From a virus: a DNA stretch of 64,000 bases. The first letter of the stretch is position 1; each line of letters starts with the position of its first letter. The notes under the pieces were generated by a model that saw nothing but the letters and a program-made list of their open reading frames with translations, made no database searches and was not told the origin of the DNA. Position numbers and translations under genes: made by a program. Below, piece by piece: positions 13,522 to 22,799 of this stretch. The stretch lies in the IMG/VR virus record IMGVR_UViG_3300010885_015247, positions 16,837 to 80,836 of that record. One strand, 5' to 3'.

Positions 13522-13857
13522 CTATATTTCTACCCATGTAGTTGCGAGTGCTACCCCTACAACATCTCCGTACTCTGTCTCCCCTGAATCATCGCAAACA
13601 GTAAACTCTAGCTCATCCTTTATAAGTCCAGACCATCCGTGCATTGGAGTAGCTTTATCTATCATATTAAATCCATCGCCTAGGGAAACTGCAACACCGT
13701 CTCTTTGCAAAGCCGAGGCAAGAGCTCTCCGCACTAGATCGTTTTCTAAATCAATATGATCAAAAGTGTAATAAACAACGGGGGATGTAAGTTGTTCGTT
13801 GTAGCCATTCCCACCCCACTCAGACCAGAGATGCTGACCATGTCTTTCGTCTTTAAT
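13522..13857 (-). CDS. Hypothetical protein; probable ATT start
   Basis: Frame is open 41 codons upstream of GTG 13734, to ATT 13857, which lies 6 nt after SD AAGGAG. Confidence 0.6.
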   Translation of the reverse strand: MKDERHGQHLWSEWGGNGYNEQLTSPVVYYTFDHIDLENDLVRRALASALQRDGVAVSLGDGFNMIDKATPMHGWSGLIKDELEFTVCDDSGETEYGDVVGVALATTWVEI

Positions 13858-13867
13858 ATGTTACTCC

Positions 13868-14167
13868 TTAGTTTGGATCTTCTTCCGTACTGTCTAGAGG
13901 AACCTCAAAAGTTTCTTCAAATAGTTCTTTCATAAAATATACTTCACTTGAAAGTTTTAGTTCAAATATACCTGCAATAGTAAGATTGCCACACATGACA
14001 CAAACCTCAACAGACCCTCTATTTACTTTTTCAGGGACATCTACTCCTTTAAGGCGCATAAGAATTTTCCCTTTTTCATCTACACTCTCAGGCTCCCACT
14101 TAGTGTGGTTTTCTAGCCAGCATGATTCACACACTGGCATAGGACTTATGACAGGCTCTGCGGCCAT
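13868..14167 (-). CDS. Hypothetical protein with two CxxC motifs
   Basis: CESC...CVMC; purine-rich SD-like sequence upstream. Confidence 0.6.
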   Translation of the reverse strand: MAAEPVISPMPVCESCWLENHTKWEPESVDEKGKILMRLKGVDVPEKVNRGSVEVCVMCGNLTIAGIFELKLSSEVYFMKELFEETFEVPLDSTEEDPN

Positions 14168-14210
14168 TTTTTCCTACCTTCAAGTAGATCTGTATGGCTC
14201 AAGTCTACTC

Positions 14211-14531
14211 TTATTGCTCGGAAGCAATCTTTCCAACTTCATAGCCGCAGCCAGCATAACCTGCAATATCAATCCAAGTATCTGGCTGAAAACCAGACCC
14301 GTGAGCAAAGCGTGCCATTTTAAGGCCAACCATCATCATTGCAACCTGCTCGTTTGTTATATCCTGCCCAAGGATTACAGACCAGATCTTTGCAGTCCGT
14401 GAAAAATTTTCTTCTGGACCACCATAGCTGGTATTTCTATCCTGAGTGGTAATTTTAGCTGCTTCTCTAAGAGCTTCAACACGATAAGGCGTGTCTGAAA
14501 CTTGTTTAACATACTCATTTTCGCTAGTCAT
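14211..14531 (-). CDS. DUF6378-like protein (possible all-alpha nucleotide pyrophosphatase)
   Basis: DRNTSYGGPEENF...IWS...LKMAR...DTWIDIAGYAGC pattern. Confidence 0.7.
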   Translation of the reverse strand: MTSENEYVKQVSDTPYRVEALREAAKITTQDRNTSYGGPEENFSRTAKIWSVILGQDITNEQVAMMMVGLKMARFAHGSGFQPDTWIDIAGYAGCGYEVGKIASEQ

Positions 14532-14745
14532 GCGTATTTCTCAATCTGGCGGAAACTTCTCCAGTAAAAATTGGAAGACTAACTCCATCATCAGAGCTTT
14601 CATACACTGTTATCTCGTAGTTTAACTTGTCTTTAATCTCTTCTAATTCAATTTCAAAAAAATTAGAAAGTTTTTTCTCTGCCTCAGCTACAAGACCTTT
14701 GTATGTGGTTGCTTTTATTAAAGATTTTACATGAACAGTTTTCAT
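14524..14745 (-). CDS. Hypothetical protein
   Basis: Overlaps both neighbours (translational coupling). Confidence 0.6.
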   Translation of the reverse strand: MKTVHVKSLIKATTYKGLVAEAEKKLSNFFEIELEEIKDKLNYEITVYESSDDGVSLPIFTGEVSARLRNTHD

Positions 14746-15185
14746 TACGGGACTCTCTTCTCTAATTGTTGTGGAGTGTAGTGGAACCCCTCTAGTACAG
14801 GCTCCTTACCATCTGTTGTTTTTACAATAATGTCACCATATCTAATACTTACAATCTTGCCACGACGTCCGTTATGGATCTTACCTTTTTCACCATCAAA
14901 GGCATTCCACTTAACACGAACCTCATCTGCAACTACAAGATCCCCCGCCTGTGCTGGGTTCCAGTTCTCGTTTTTGTTTTCTTTTACAATGGCATGACCA
15001 AGAGCAATTTTGCTAAAGAGCTCAACGACCTGATTTAGATTTGCTTGATCTTTACTTGGATCTGGGTCTGTGTTTTTAATTTCAATCCAAGTATTGAGGA
15101 GCTTGATAACGGAATCGCCAACTACCCTCTTAGTCTTGTTCTCTGTGAGTTGTTGTTTAACCCAGTTCATATCTACTTCTGGCAT
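14745..15185 (-). CDS. Hypothetical protein with SH3/KOW-like C-terminus
   Basis: Start re-called at MPEVDM (15185, SD AAGGA) to avoid overlapping the upstream gene. Confidence 0.6.
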   Translation of the reverse strand: MPEVDMNWVKQQLTENKTKRVVGDSVIKLLNTWIEIKNTDPDPSKDQANLNQVVELFSKIALGHAIVKENKNENWNPAQAGDLVVADEVRVKWNAFDGEKGKIHNGRRGKIVSIRYGDIIVKTTDGKEPVLEGFHYTPQQLEKRVP

Positions 15186-15211
15186 CTTAATGTCCTTTCT
15201 GACAGATGTGC

Positions 15212-16240
15212 CTAGATTACTAACAGTAAGCTCTGGTTGTCCAGTGCTTCTACTGTTTTTTGCAAAGATTCCTCCCGTGAGGGAGTTGCATCTCTGTAAA
15301 AATCTTTCTGACTTTGTGCCACGATAAGCCGCTGACTCGGGCTCATCTCTTCCACTGTTGAAGGTAAAAACGCCCATTCTGCTCCTACCCAAGATGTATG
15401 ACGCCAATCAGTAACCACAGGGACACCAACCGCAACCGATTGAGATATCGCTATAGACCACCAAGGGTCGTTGTTTTTGTATGTACTAATCAAAGTTCCC
15501 ATAGAGTTTTCTATGCGACTTAGAATCTCGTTGCTCTTATCGTACTTATGAAGTCGTATGGGCATCACTTCTGAAGTTAAACTCTTGACAACCTTCTTAG
15601 TCCAGTCACTCTTTGGTGCATCAGCACACCAGTAGTTACCTTGTGAAGGCTCTATACGATCTACAGAGCTATCAATAAGCTCTCTGTCATAGCAGATACC
15701 GATCACATCTTCAATTTGAATGTTTCTTATTGAGTTAGAAACAATCTCTCTAGAAAACCACGGCATACTTGGGACAATAACTTTGCCCCACTTTTCCGTA
15801 TAGAGGTGCTGAAGAAAACGATAGATTGGCTTAGCATATTTATGATCTTGAGCCTCTAAATAATTATCTCTACGTCCATAAAAAGGCTTAAAAAGTTTTT
15901 CTGGATTATCATTGCAATCTCTAATTCCAGACCATATCCAATATGGATCTGGTGCATCAATAAGAAGTCTAAGTTTACCAAGTTCTTTTGCTTGGCTGGC
16001 TACCCAAAGTCCTCCGTATACATAATTAGCTGCCATACTATGAGGCGAAGCAAGGCCAACTACTATCAAATCATATTGATCTAAATATTCTTTGCTCATA
16101 CTGAGCTGTGGTTTTTCCCAAGTAACATTGCATTGGAGTTCATCTAAAGCATTTTTAAATAGTCCAGTAAAAGTAGACAAGCGATTATTTACATTCTCAG
16201 AGCACTGAGATGCTGTAAACCCTGTAACTAATACCTTCAT
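15212..16240 (-). CDS. Putative GT-B fold glycosyltransferase
   Basis: Rossmann-like MKVLVTG start; YDLIVVG; C-terminal QSVAVGVPVVTDW resembles the GT-B EAxAxGxPVVxSD signature. Confidence 0.5.
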   Translation of the reverse strand: MKVLVTGFTASQCSENVNNRLSTFTGLFKNALDELQCNVTWEKPQLSMSKEYLDQYDLIVVGLASPHSMAANYVYGGLWVASQAKELGKLRLLIDAPDPYWIWSGIRDCNDNPEKLFKPFYGRRDNYLEAQDHKYAKPIYRFLQHLYTEKWGKVIVPSMPWFSREIVSNSIRNIQIEDVIGICYDRELIDSSVDRIEPSQGNYWCADAPKSDWTKKVVKSLTSEVMPIRLHKYDKSNEILSRIENSMGTLISTYKNNDPWWSIAISQSVAVGVPVVTDWRHTSWVGAEWAFLPSTVEEMSPSQRLIVAQSQKDFYRDATPSREESLQKTVEALDNQSLLLVI

Positions 16241-16261
16241 TTTATTTCCTTAGAATTAGTA

Positions 16262-16296
16262 GAGAGCCACCCAATGTTTTACGTTGGGCAGCCCCC
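16262..16296 (-). terminator. 13-bp GC-rich hairpin after the SSB gene (no U-tract)
   Basis: Minus strand GGGGGCUGCCCAA/UUGGGUGGCUCUC pairs fully when G-U is allowed. Confidence 0.55.
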
Positions 16297-16309
16297 TACA
16301 ATTATTTTA

Positions 16310-16873
16310 TTAGAACGGAGCAGACGGTGCTGCTGGAGCAGGAGCTGGTGCTGCTGCTACTGGTGCGGGAGCAGGAGCTGGTGCTGCTGCAGGAGGTGGA
16401 GATGCTGGTGCTGGTGCTGCTGCCTGAGCAGGAGCTGCAGTATCACCTTGCATTGCTGCAATAGTTGCTGCACTTGGAAAATAGTTACGGATTTCGTTCT
16501 TCTTAGCACCGTTATATAAACGACTACCAATCTGTGCACGGAATCTGCGACCAGTTAGAGTCGCTTCAATCTGTGCGTTAGTTGGGTTTGTATCAAAGTA
16601 ATTACGACCAATACCCATTGCGTGAAACTTTTTAAACAACATACCAAGTGCTGCAGGACTGTCTGGTGTTACAACCAAGTTATCCCATACAAGACGCTTG
16701 TTGTAGGGTCCACCTTCAACCTGTGCCTTTAGCTTGAACATTGTCTTACCAGATTGCGATGTTGTTGCAGTTGCTTCTACTACCACTAGATCAAAATCAC
16801 CATCAGGTAGTGGTTCGTAACTGCCAGTTTCACCAGCATCCTTAATTAAGTCAGACCAATTTTTGGTACTCAC
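16310..16873 (-). CDS. DUF669-family single-stranded DNA-binding protein
   Basis: YEPLPDGDF...SQSGKTMF...GPYNKRLVWDNL; Ala/Pro tail ending in PF. Confidence 0.75.
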   Translation of the reverse strand: MSTKNWSDLIKDAGETGSYEPLPDGDFDLVVVEATATTSQSGKTMFKLKAQVEGGPYNKRLVWDNLVVTPDSPAALGMLFKKFHAMGIGRNYFDTNPTNAQIEATLTGRRFRAQIGSRLYNGAKKNEIRNYFPSAATIAAMQGDTAAPAQAAAPAPASPPPAAAPAPAPAPVAAAPAPAPAAPSAPF

Positions 16874-16876
16874 CTA

Positions 16877-17665
16877 TTATCCTTCTTTCTGTGTTGTTGT
16901 TTCAGCTGCTGCGGCCGCCGCTGCTGCTTGTCTCTGTCCGAAAACAATGTCTAACATTCTTTCGATAGAGAGATTTTCTTGCTCAACCACTTTTCCAAGG
17001 CGTCCCTGTACTCGCTCACCAGCTTCATGTTGATTCGTCCTCTCAACATACATACGGCGAACCTTGTAAGGCGGTTGTGTTGGATCTGGATTGTGACGTT
17101 CCTCAACGGTAATCGCACCCAGAATGTCGTAGAAGTAAGGAGCTTGAATTGCAAGCTGACCTTGTAGGTATGGACGATAACGACCATCCTTATCAAGACG
17201 AGCCATTGCAGTTAGAACTACTGCTTCTAATGGATTTGTTGCATGCATTGTTAGGTCACGCAGATCACGCAAGAGTCCACCCATATGGCGAAGAAGTTCT
17301 CCCCATTGTTGTTGTGTCATCTGATTAACACCTGCAATGTTCTCCAAGCACTTAACTTGAAGTTCAGATACAGAGTCGATAATGAGACTCTTGAATTGAT
17401 GCTTACCTAGTTGTAGCCATTGGTATGTCTTAAGAACAGTGTCATAGTCACGAACTGTGACAACACATGTATCCCAAGTTCCATCAGCTACTGGTGGCTC
17501 CTCACGAAGAGGATCCCAATACTTAACGATGATAGGGAGGAAGCGGTGTCCGCCCTCAACATCGAGCATCAGGCGTGGATAAGGCGCTGTGACAGCAAAA
17601 CTGGATTTACCAACCTTACTCTCTCCATACACCATAACTGTAAGAGAACGTTGAATATCGCTCAT
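16877..17665 (-). CDS. AAA_24 ATPase, Sak4-like single-strand annealing recombinase
   Basis: Walker A YGESKVGKS; LIIDSVSELQ; lies between an SSB and a PD-(D/E)XK nuclease. Confidence 0.8.
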   Translation of the reverse strand: MSDIQRSLTVMVYGESKVGKSSFAVTAPYPRLMLDVEGGHRFLPIIVKYWDPLREEPPVADGTWDTCVVTVRDYDTVLKTYQWLQLGKHQFKSLIIDSVSELQVKCLENIAGVNQMTQQQWGELLRHMGGLLRDLRDLTMHATNPLEAVVLTAMARLDKDGRYRPYLQGQLAIQAPYFYDILGAITVEERHNPDPTQPPYKVRRMYVERTNQHEAGERVQGRLGKVVEQENLSIERMLDIVFGQRQAAAAAAAAETTTQKEG

Positions 17666-17668
17666 ACG

Positions 17669-18595
17669 TCACTCACTTCCTTTTTTGTCGGTTTCGTAAT
17701 ACGCATAAGGATCTGCTTCCTCATACGAATCGCTAAGTGCTTGTTCAGCGGCGCTTCCGTCATCGAACATTGGGCATATAGCGAAAAATTGACACTTCCA
17801 TTTGCAGTCACGAGTTGGTGTCGGATATGCAACAAATGAATGATCAGAACCTGTGTCTAAAGCTCTACGAACATTCATAAGATCAGTGATTGTTCCGTGG
17901 ATTCTATTCCAAAAAGAACGCATTGTAAATACATTGTGATGGACTTCTACTTGATCGTAGAAAGGCGGGCGAGCAGTTGCTGTGCGCTTTACCTTTTTAA
18001 GAAGAGTAAACAGTCCGCCGTCTGAGCGATGCTCTTCATCAGCCTTTGTAGCCTCAAGAAGCATGTAGGTCATAACTTGCTCGTTCATATGAGCAAGGTT
18101 TCCAAAATCTGCTAGAGAGCCACCAACAGTTTTAAAGTCACGGAACATACGAACGCCATCAATCTTACGGCGAACACGCATATCAAGCTTGCCTTGTAAT
18201 TCAACTTCCCCGTTAAACAATGGAGCAATAATTGTTTCTTCTGTAGAGATCATCTCCAGCTCTGCATCAATTCCTTCTTCTGATACCCACTGCTCATACC
18301 CTTCAAGCATTATGCGACCCATCTCTGCTTCTGCTTCAAGGTTAGATACATCTAAAAATTCTGCAAGAAGGATTTCTTTATCAGCAATAACAAGTTTTGA
18401 GTGCGCCTCAAGCAGTGGAGTTCCATTTGCATAGTGATCATCTAACGCTGCGTGAATACGGCTACCAAAAGCTAAAGCTCCAGTCTTATCACGAAACTTT
18501 GGTTGTAGACGGCGATAGTAAGCAAGCCACCACTTACGACGACAATCTTTAAATGTCTGTAGCTCCGAGTTAGATAGTCTTATTACACCACTCAT
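17669..18595 (-). CDS. PD-(D/E)XK (Cas4/RecB-like) exonuclease
   Basis: LSNSELQTFKDCRRKW; GSRIHAAL; GKLD...DFKT; C-terminal CKWKCQFFAIC. Confidence 0.85.
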   Translation of the reverse strand: MSGVIRLSNSELQTFKDCRRKWWLAYYRRLQPKFRDKTGALAFGSRIHAALDDHYANGTPLLEAHSKLVIADKEILLAEFLDVSNLEAEAEMGRIMLEGYEQWVSEEGIDAELEMISTEETIIAPLFNGEVELQGKLDMRVRRKIDGVRMFRDFKTVGGSLADFGNLAHMNEQVMTYMLLEATKADEEHRSDGGLFTLLKKVKRTATARPPFYDQVEVHHNVFTMRSFWNRIHGTITDLMNVRRALDTGSDHSFVAYPTPTRDCKWKCQFFAICPMFDDGSAAEQALSDSYEEADPYAYYETDKKGSE

Positions 18596-20394
18596 AGAAC
18601 ACCTGCCTTATCATCCCTGAGCAACTTCATCAGTTGATCTTTGTCTCGAACAATCTGTTCGAAGTTATCTGACTTTGTTTCTAGTACTTGTAAAACTCTT
18701 TCTTCAATTGTTCCCTCTGTTACATAATCCATAATCAAGATAGAGTCGTGAATTTCGCTACCGATACGGTGCACACGATCTAAAGCCTGACGATGATCAA
18801 CTAATGACCAAGGTCGTTGTAGCATAACAAGGCGACGAGCAGCAGTCAACGTGATACCCACGCCACCTGCCTGAGCGGTAAAGAGAACCCATTTAATGTT
18901 TCCTGCTTGAAAATCATCTACCGATCTCTGACGCTCATCTTCATTTTGAGCACCAGTAATTAGTCCGTGTTTAATTCCAGCCTTAGTAAGTTCTGCGCTC
19001 AAAAGGTCAATTAACTGACGAGATACGGCACAGACTGCCACAGAGTCATCTCCAAAGTCACCATTCTTAATATCATCCATAAGCGAGTCCACCTTACAAG
19101 ATGGTCCAGCAAGAACTGTCTTCATCTCCCCTGTTGACTCATCGACTTCCATAGTTGCGTAAGAACTAGCAAACTGAAGCAGTCGGGTTGTTTGAGTCAA
19201 AATACTTGGAGCAGTAACTGCATCTCCGTTTTCAAGCTCAGCAATCATCGTGTCACGCATCTGATCGTAAGCCTTCTTCTGCTTAGTTGACATCTCAACA
19301 TCACGACGCTCGTTCATTACAGGTGGTAACCAAGGAAGCACAACCTTTTTCAGCATACGACGCATTACGGGGTTTACGCTCTTATGGAATTCATCTTCCA
19401 TATGTGGCTTAACGCCAATAACCATCATTCCACCAAAAGCGTTGAGCATGATGTCAATCATTCGATCAATCCACTTTGTTTTTGATGGCCAATCAATAGG
19501 AGATAGCCAATGAAGAATTGACCAGAGGTCAACAACATCTTTAGCAATTGGAGTACCAGTAAGTGCAAAACGAATAGGGGCATCTCCAGTTGCAGCCCAA
19601 AGAGCTCTAGTTTGCTTAGATTTTGGTTCTTTAGATCGGTGGATTTCATCAGCAACGACTGCCTTAAAGTCAATCATATTAAGTTCACGAGGATGAACCT
19701 CACAACGAGTCTCTGTAACGCTTGGATCTTGTCCACCCATTTCAACACACTTAACTAAAGCGATAGAGCCGTAACCAGAAAGCCGTGAGTGTGAGCGAAG
19801 TGATTCCCAGTTAATAATAAATACTTCTGCTTCTTCGTTAGCAAACTGCTTTTTGCGTTGAACTGCAGAACCCTTGATAACTTGAGTCTTTACTCCCGGC
19901 CACCACTTCTCAAATTCTCTAGCCCAGTTCTTCTTCAATGTGTTAGGGCAGACAATAAGTGCAGGGAATACATCTTCTCCATTATCTTGAAGTCTCTTAA
20001 GAGCACGGATTGCTTGAGCAGTCTTACCAAGGCCGGGCTCATCGGCTAGAAGTGCACGCTTTGCGGTGCTAAGAAAGGCTACGCCAGCCCTTTGGTGCGG
20101 GAAAAGGTCTTCATCACCCTCATAGGTCTCGAGCTCCCTAAGAGCATTGGCAGGGGCAATTCTATTATTGAGTTCGTTGGTCGCCCACTCGGTTAGAGCA
20201 GGTCCAACAAAGAGATCTTCCTTGAATGTTGAGCGTAGAGCGAGGCAAGTTGTCCAGCTAAGTGGAACAGTCCAGACCTGCTCCTTAGGGCTCCAGGAAG
20301 CCCCTGGAAGGCTCTTACAGAGCTCTTTGAAGCGCCAGTCAGCAGTTATGAGGATGTTGTTCTTCTCTGGATTTATGTCTACTGTTACTGCCAT
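18592..20394 (-). CDS. SNF2-family SF2 helicase
   Basis: LADEPGLGKT, DEIH, LTGTP, GGVGITL, QALDRVHRIG; start re-called at MAVTVD after SD AAGGAG. Confidence 0.9.
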   Translation of the reverse strand: MAVTVDINPEKNNILITADWRFKELCKSLPGASWSPKEQVWTVPLSWTTCLALRSTFKEDLFVGPALTEWATNELNNRIAPANALRELETYEGDEDLFPHQRAGVAFLSTAKRALLADEPGLGKTAQAIRALKRLQDNGEDVFPALIVCPNTLKKNWAREFEKWWPGVKTQVIKGSAVQRKKQFANEEAEVFIINWESLRSHSRLSGYGSIALVKCVEMGGQDPSVTETRCEVHPRELNMIDFKAVVADEIHRSKEPKSKQTRALWAATGDAPIRFALTGTPIAKDVVDLWSILHWLSPIDWPSKTKWIDRMIDIMLNAFGGMMVIGVKPHMEDEFHKSVNPVMRRMLKKVVLPWLPPVMNERRDVEMSTKQKKAYDQMRDTMIAELENGDAVTAPSILTQTTRLLQFASSYATMEVDESTGEMKTVLAGPSCKVDSLMDDIKNGDFGDDSVAVCAVSRQLIDLLSAELTKAGIKHGLITGAQNEDERQRSVDDFQAGNIKWVLFTAQAGGVGITLTAARRLVMLQRPWSLVDHRQALDRVHRIGSEIHDSILIMDYVTEGTIEERVLQVLETKSDNFEQIVRDKDQLMKLLRDDKAGVL

Positions 20395-20478
20395 TTGCCA
20401 CCTGCTCCTTAGTGTCACTACATCAAGTAAAACATACTACTGAAGATATTGCAAGCTAAAAGTTTTCTAATAGTATCT

Positions 20479-20946
20479 CTAGTCTAGCAGAGTTCTAGGA
20501 ACCCAGCCAGTTTTAACCAATCTTAGTAAGGCGTGTCGCATCGCATCATTTGCATGGCCTTCCCCGCCCACATGCCAAGTCCCGAGCTTCTTCAGGGTTG
20601 GGTTGGGAAACATGTTCTTGGCATCTGCTGGAGACTGAAAAACAATCTTTTCAGGGTCATACATATTGGTACGACAGAGATGTTTAAGCACTCCTATCTG
20701 CTCAAGGCTGTAAGGCGCCTGAGAGTTACGGACTGTTTGAGCATTGATGGTAAAACGCTCGCATACAACTGTGAAGTTACTTTCTTGCTTTTGAATATTT
20801 AATATTGTTTCAATAGTCATAGCAAATTCTTCTGGTTGCACTTCTTTTGAAATAATTACGTTTGGAACTGGGTCTTCCCCATTCCAAGACATTAAAACAA
20901 TGCCAGTTGCCTTCCCGGGATCCACTGCTAAAACATATTTTGTCAT
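20479..20946 (-). CDS. RuvC-like Holliday junction resolvase
   Basis: LAVDPGKATG, VVCE and HANDAMRH acidic motifs. Confidence 0.75.
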   Translation of the reverse strand: MTKYVLAVDPGKATGIVLMSWNGEDPVPNVIISKEVQPEEFAMTIETILNIQKQESNFTVVCERFTINAQTVRNSQAPYSLEQIGVLKHLCRTNMYDPEKIVFQSPADAKNMFPNPTLKKLGTWHVGGEGHANDAMRHALLRLVKTGWVPRTLLD

Positions 20947-22781
20947 GCGTATTTTTCTCCCCAGTTATTCATAGGACCGTCAATACCTGCGGTTAGCGGG
21001 ACAGCCCAACCTTCGGTAGTGGTCATACACTCTTGAACAATTCTCTTGAACTCTTCAACTTGATCTTTTGGTGCTTGTAGAACAATCTCATCGTGCACTG
21101 GAACAATAAGATGCTCGGTTAAGTCTGCTTGATCTAGTCTAACAAGGCTACTCTTAAATACTTCTGCAGCACCACCTTGGATAAGATAGTTAACAAGAGT
21201 GTAGACACGCTCTTCATCGCAAGGGATACGGCGACCAGTCCAAGTCTTTACATAACCTTGACCTTCTTGGCGAAGTCTAGTCATTCCAATGTTTTCAATC
21301 TGCTTTTGGAACTGCATCATTCCTGGATAGTTAGCATCAAAAGAATCAGATACAGAGCGCATCTGAGGTTCTGACACACCAGCAGTCAAAGCTTGCTTAG
21401 CAACTCCTGCACCGTAGAGTCGTCCGTAGACAACACCCTTGATGAGGTTACGACGCTTGTCTGACTTTTTCATATCTGGTTCTTGATAAACCTGACGACC
21501 AATTTCGGTAAAAGGATCCGAGCCAGTCGCATCTGCCTTATGAAAAAGAGAGATGAGGTTTGGATCTTGAGATAGAGATGCAAACATACGAAATTCAACC
21601 TGATCTAAGTCAGAAGAAATAATCAGATGGTCTGGGTCACGAGGTAAGAACGCCCTGCGTACTGTCTCATCTCCCTTAGGAAGAGTCTGTAGGGCTGGAT
21701 CTGTGATTGACATACGAGATGTGCGAGCACCAAGAGTTTTTACAGAAGGATGCAAGATGCCGTCAACATTTTTGTTGAGGAAGTTAAGGAAATAAGTGTT
21801 AGCAAGTTTATCTGCCTTGCGTTGCTTAAGAACAGTCTCTGCAAGGTTTTTAACCTCTTCGTTACCGTTAATTGTCAAAAGCTTTAGCTGATCCTTACTT
21901 GCAGACTTTGCTCCAGATGGAGTTGTCTCCGTGATGTCAGCACCAAGCTTTTCAAACAAACGAACTAGTTGAATATTGCTCGTGATACTTGCTCCACCAT
22001 AAGTTTTTGCTGCCCAGTCTTTAACAGAGTCTGCATAAGATAAAAGCTCTTCGTACTTTTTCTTAGAGTAATCAAGATCTACACGAGCACCATTAATTTC
22101 CATACGAGTAACAATCTTGCGTGTTGCCATCTCAAGCTCATAAGCACGATTGTATGGACCCTGTGGGCCACACTGCTGATAGAACTGCTCCCATAGGCGC
22201 ATTGTAAGAACTGTATCTAAAGCACCGTAAATCCAATAAGGCTCGTAGTTAACTGGAACTGTTCCCCAAGTCCAGCCATTCTCAATAAGACCCAAGTCAA
22301 GACTCTCTTGCATTGCAACAGCCTTGCCATCTACATAACGAGCAGCAAGAGGCTTAAGACCACCGACACCAAGTGGATCAATGATGTGAGCCATAATCAT
22401 TGTGTCGTGTGCACGCTGCCAAGGCATTTCCCACTTAGATTTAATTGCAAACCAACGAGCTTCGAAAGCAATATTGTGGCAAACAATAGGACCTTCAAAT
22501 TTCCTCATTGCTTCGTAGAAAACTCCGTTCCATTCTTCCCAAGGAATAGCCCAGCCTTGCATTCCATCTCCTACTTGAACAAGACGCAGGTCTCCATGCC
22601 AAGGGGATAGTGCATCACTACGCTGACCTCCGAGTTTTTCACCAGTTTCAGTATCGATTGCAATTGCGTCATAGGGACGTCTTTCACCAAGCCAAGTAAT
22701 AAACTGACCAGCTTTTTCTACAGAATCAACAAGGTGAAGTTTTACATCACCTAATCCTTGCGTCGTTTGGTTGTCGCTCAT
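20943..22781 (-). CDS. polA: Family A DNA polymerase with 3'-5' exonuclease
   Basis: Exo motifs DTET, HNIAFE, YGALD; motif A SDLDQVEFR, motif B RNLIKGVVYGRLYG, motif C VHDE. Confidence 0.93.
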   Translation of the reverse strand: MSDNQTTQGLGDVKLHLVDSVEKAGQFITWLGERRPYDAIAIDTETGEKLGGQRSDALSPWHGDLRLVQVGDGMQGWAIPWEEWNGVFYEAMRKFEGPIVCHNIAFEARWFAIKSKWEMPWQRAHDTMIMAHIIDPLGVGGLKPLAARYVDGKAVAMQESLDLGLIENGWTWGTVPVNYEPYWIYGALDTVLTMRLWEQFYQQCGPQGPYNRAYELEMATRKIVTRMEINGARVDLDYSKKKYEELLSYADSVKDWAAKTYGGASITSNIQLVRLFEKLGADITETTPSGAKSASKDQLKLLTINGNEEVKNLAETVLKQRKADKLANTYFLNFLNKNVDGILHPSVKTLGARTSRMSITDPALQTLPKGDETVRRAFLPRDPDHLIISSDLDQVEFRMFASLSQDPNLISLFHKADATGSDPFTEIGRQVYQEPDMKKSDKRRNLIKGVVYGRLYGAGVAKQALTAGVSEPQMRSVSDSFDANYPGMMQFQKQIENIGMTRLRQEGQGYVKTWTGRRIPCDEERVYTLVNYLIQGGAAEVFKSSLVRLDQADLTEHLIVPVHDEIVLQAPKDQVEEFKRIVQECMTTTEGWAVPLTAGIDGPMNNWGEKYA

Positions 22782-22799
22782 TTATTCCTAACTTATGTA

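Noticed and set aside
16274-16519. Cys/Trp/Arg-rich ORF resembling a metallothionein or RiPP
   Set aside because: Antisense shadow of the Ala-Pro tail of the SSB.
17669-18595. Cas4-like nuclease as evidence of CRISPR-Cas
   Set aside because: It is a solo PD-(D/E)XK exonuclease next to a Sak4-like ATPase and SSB, the usual phage recombination module.
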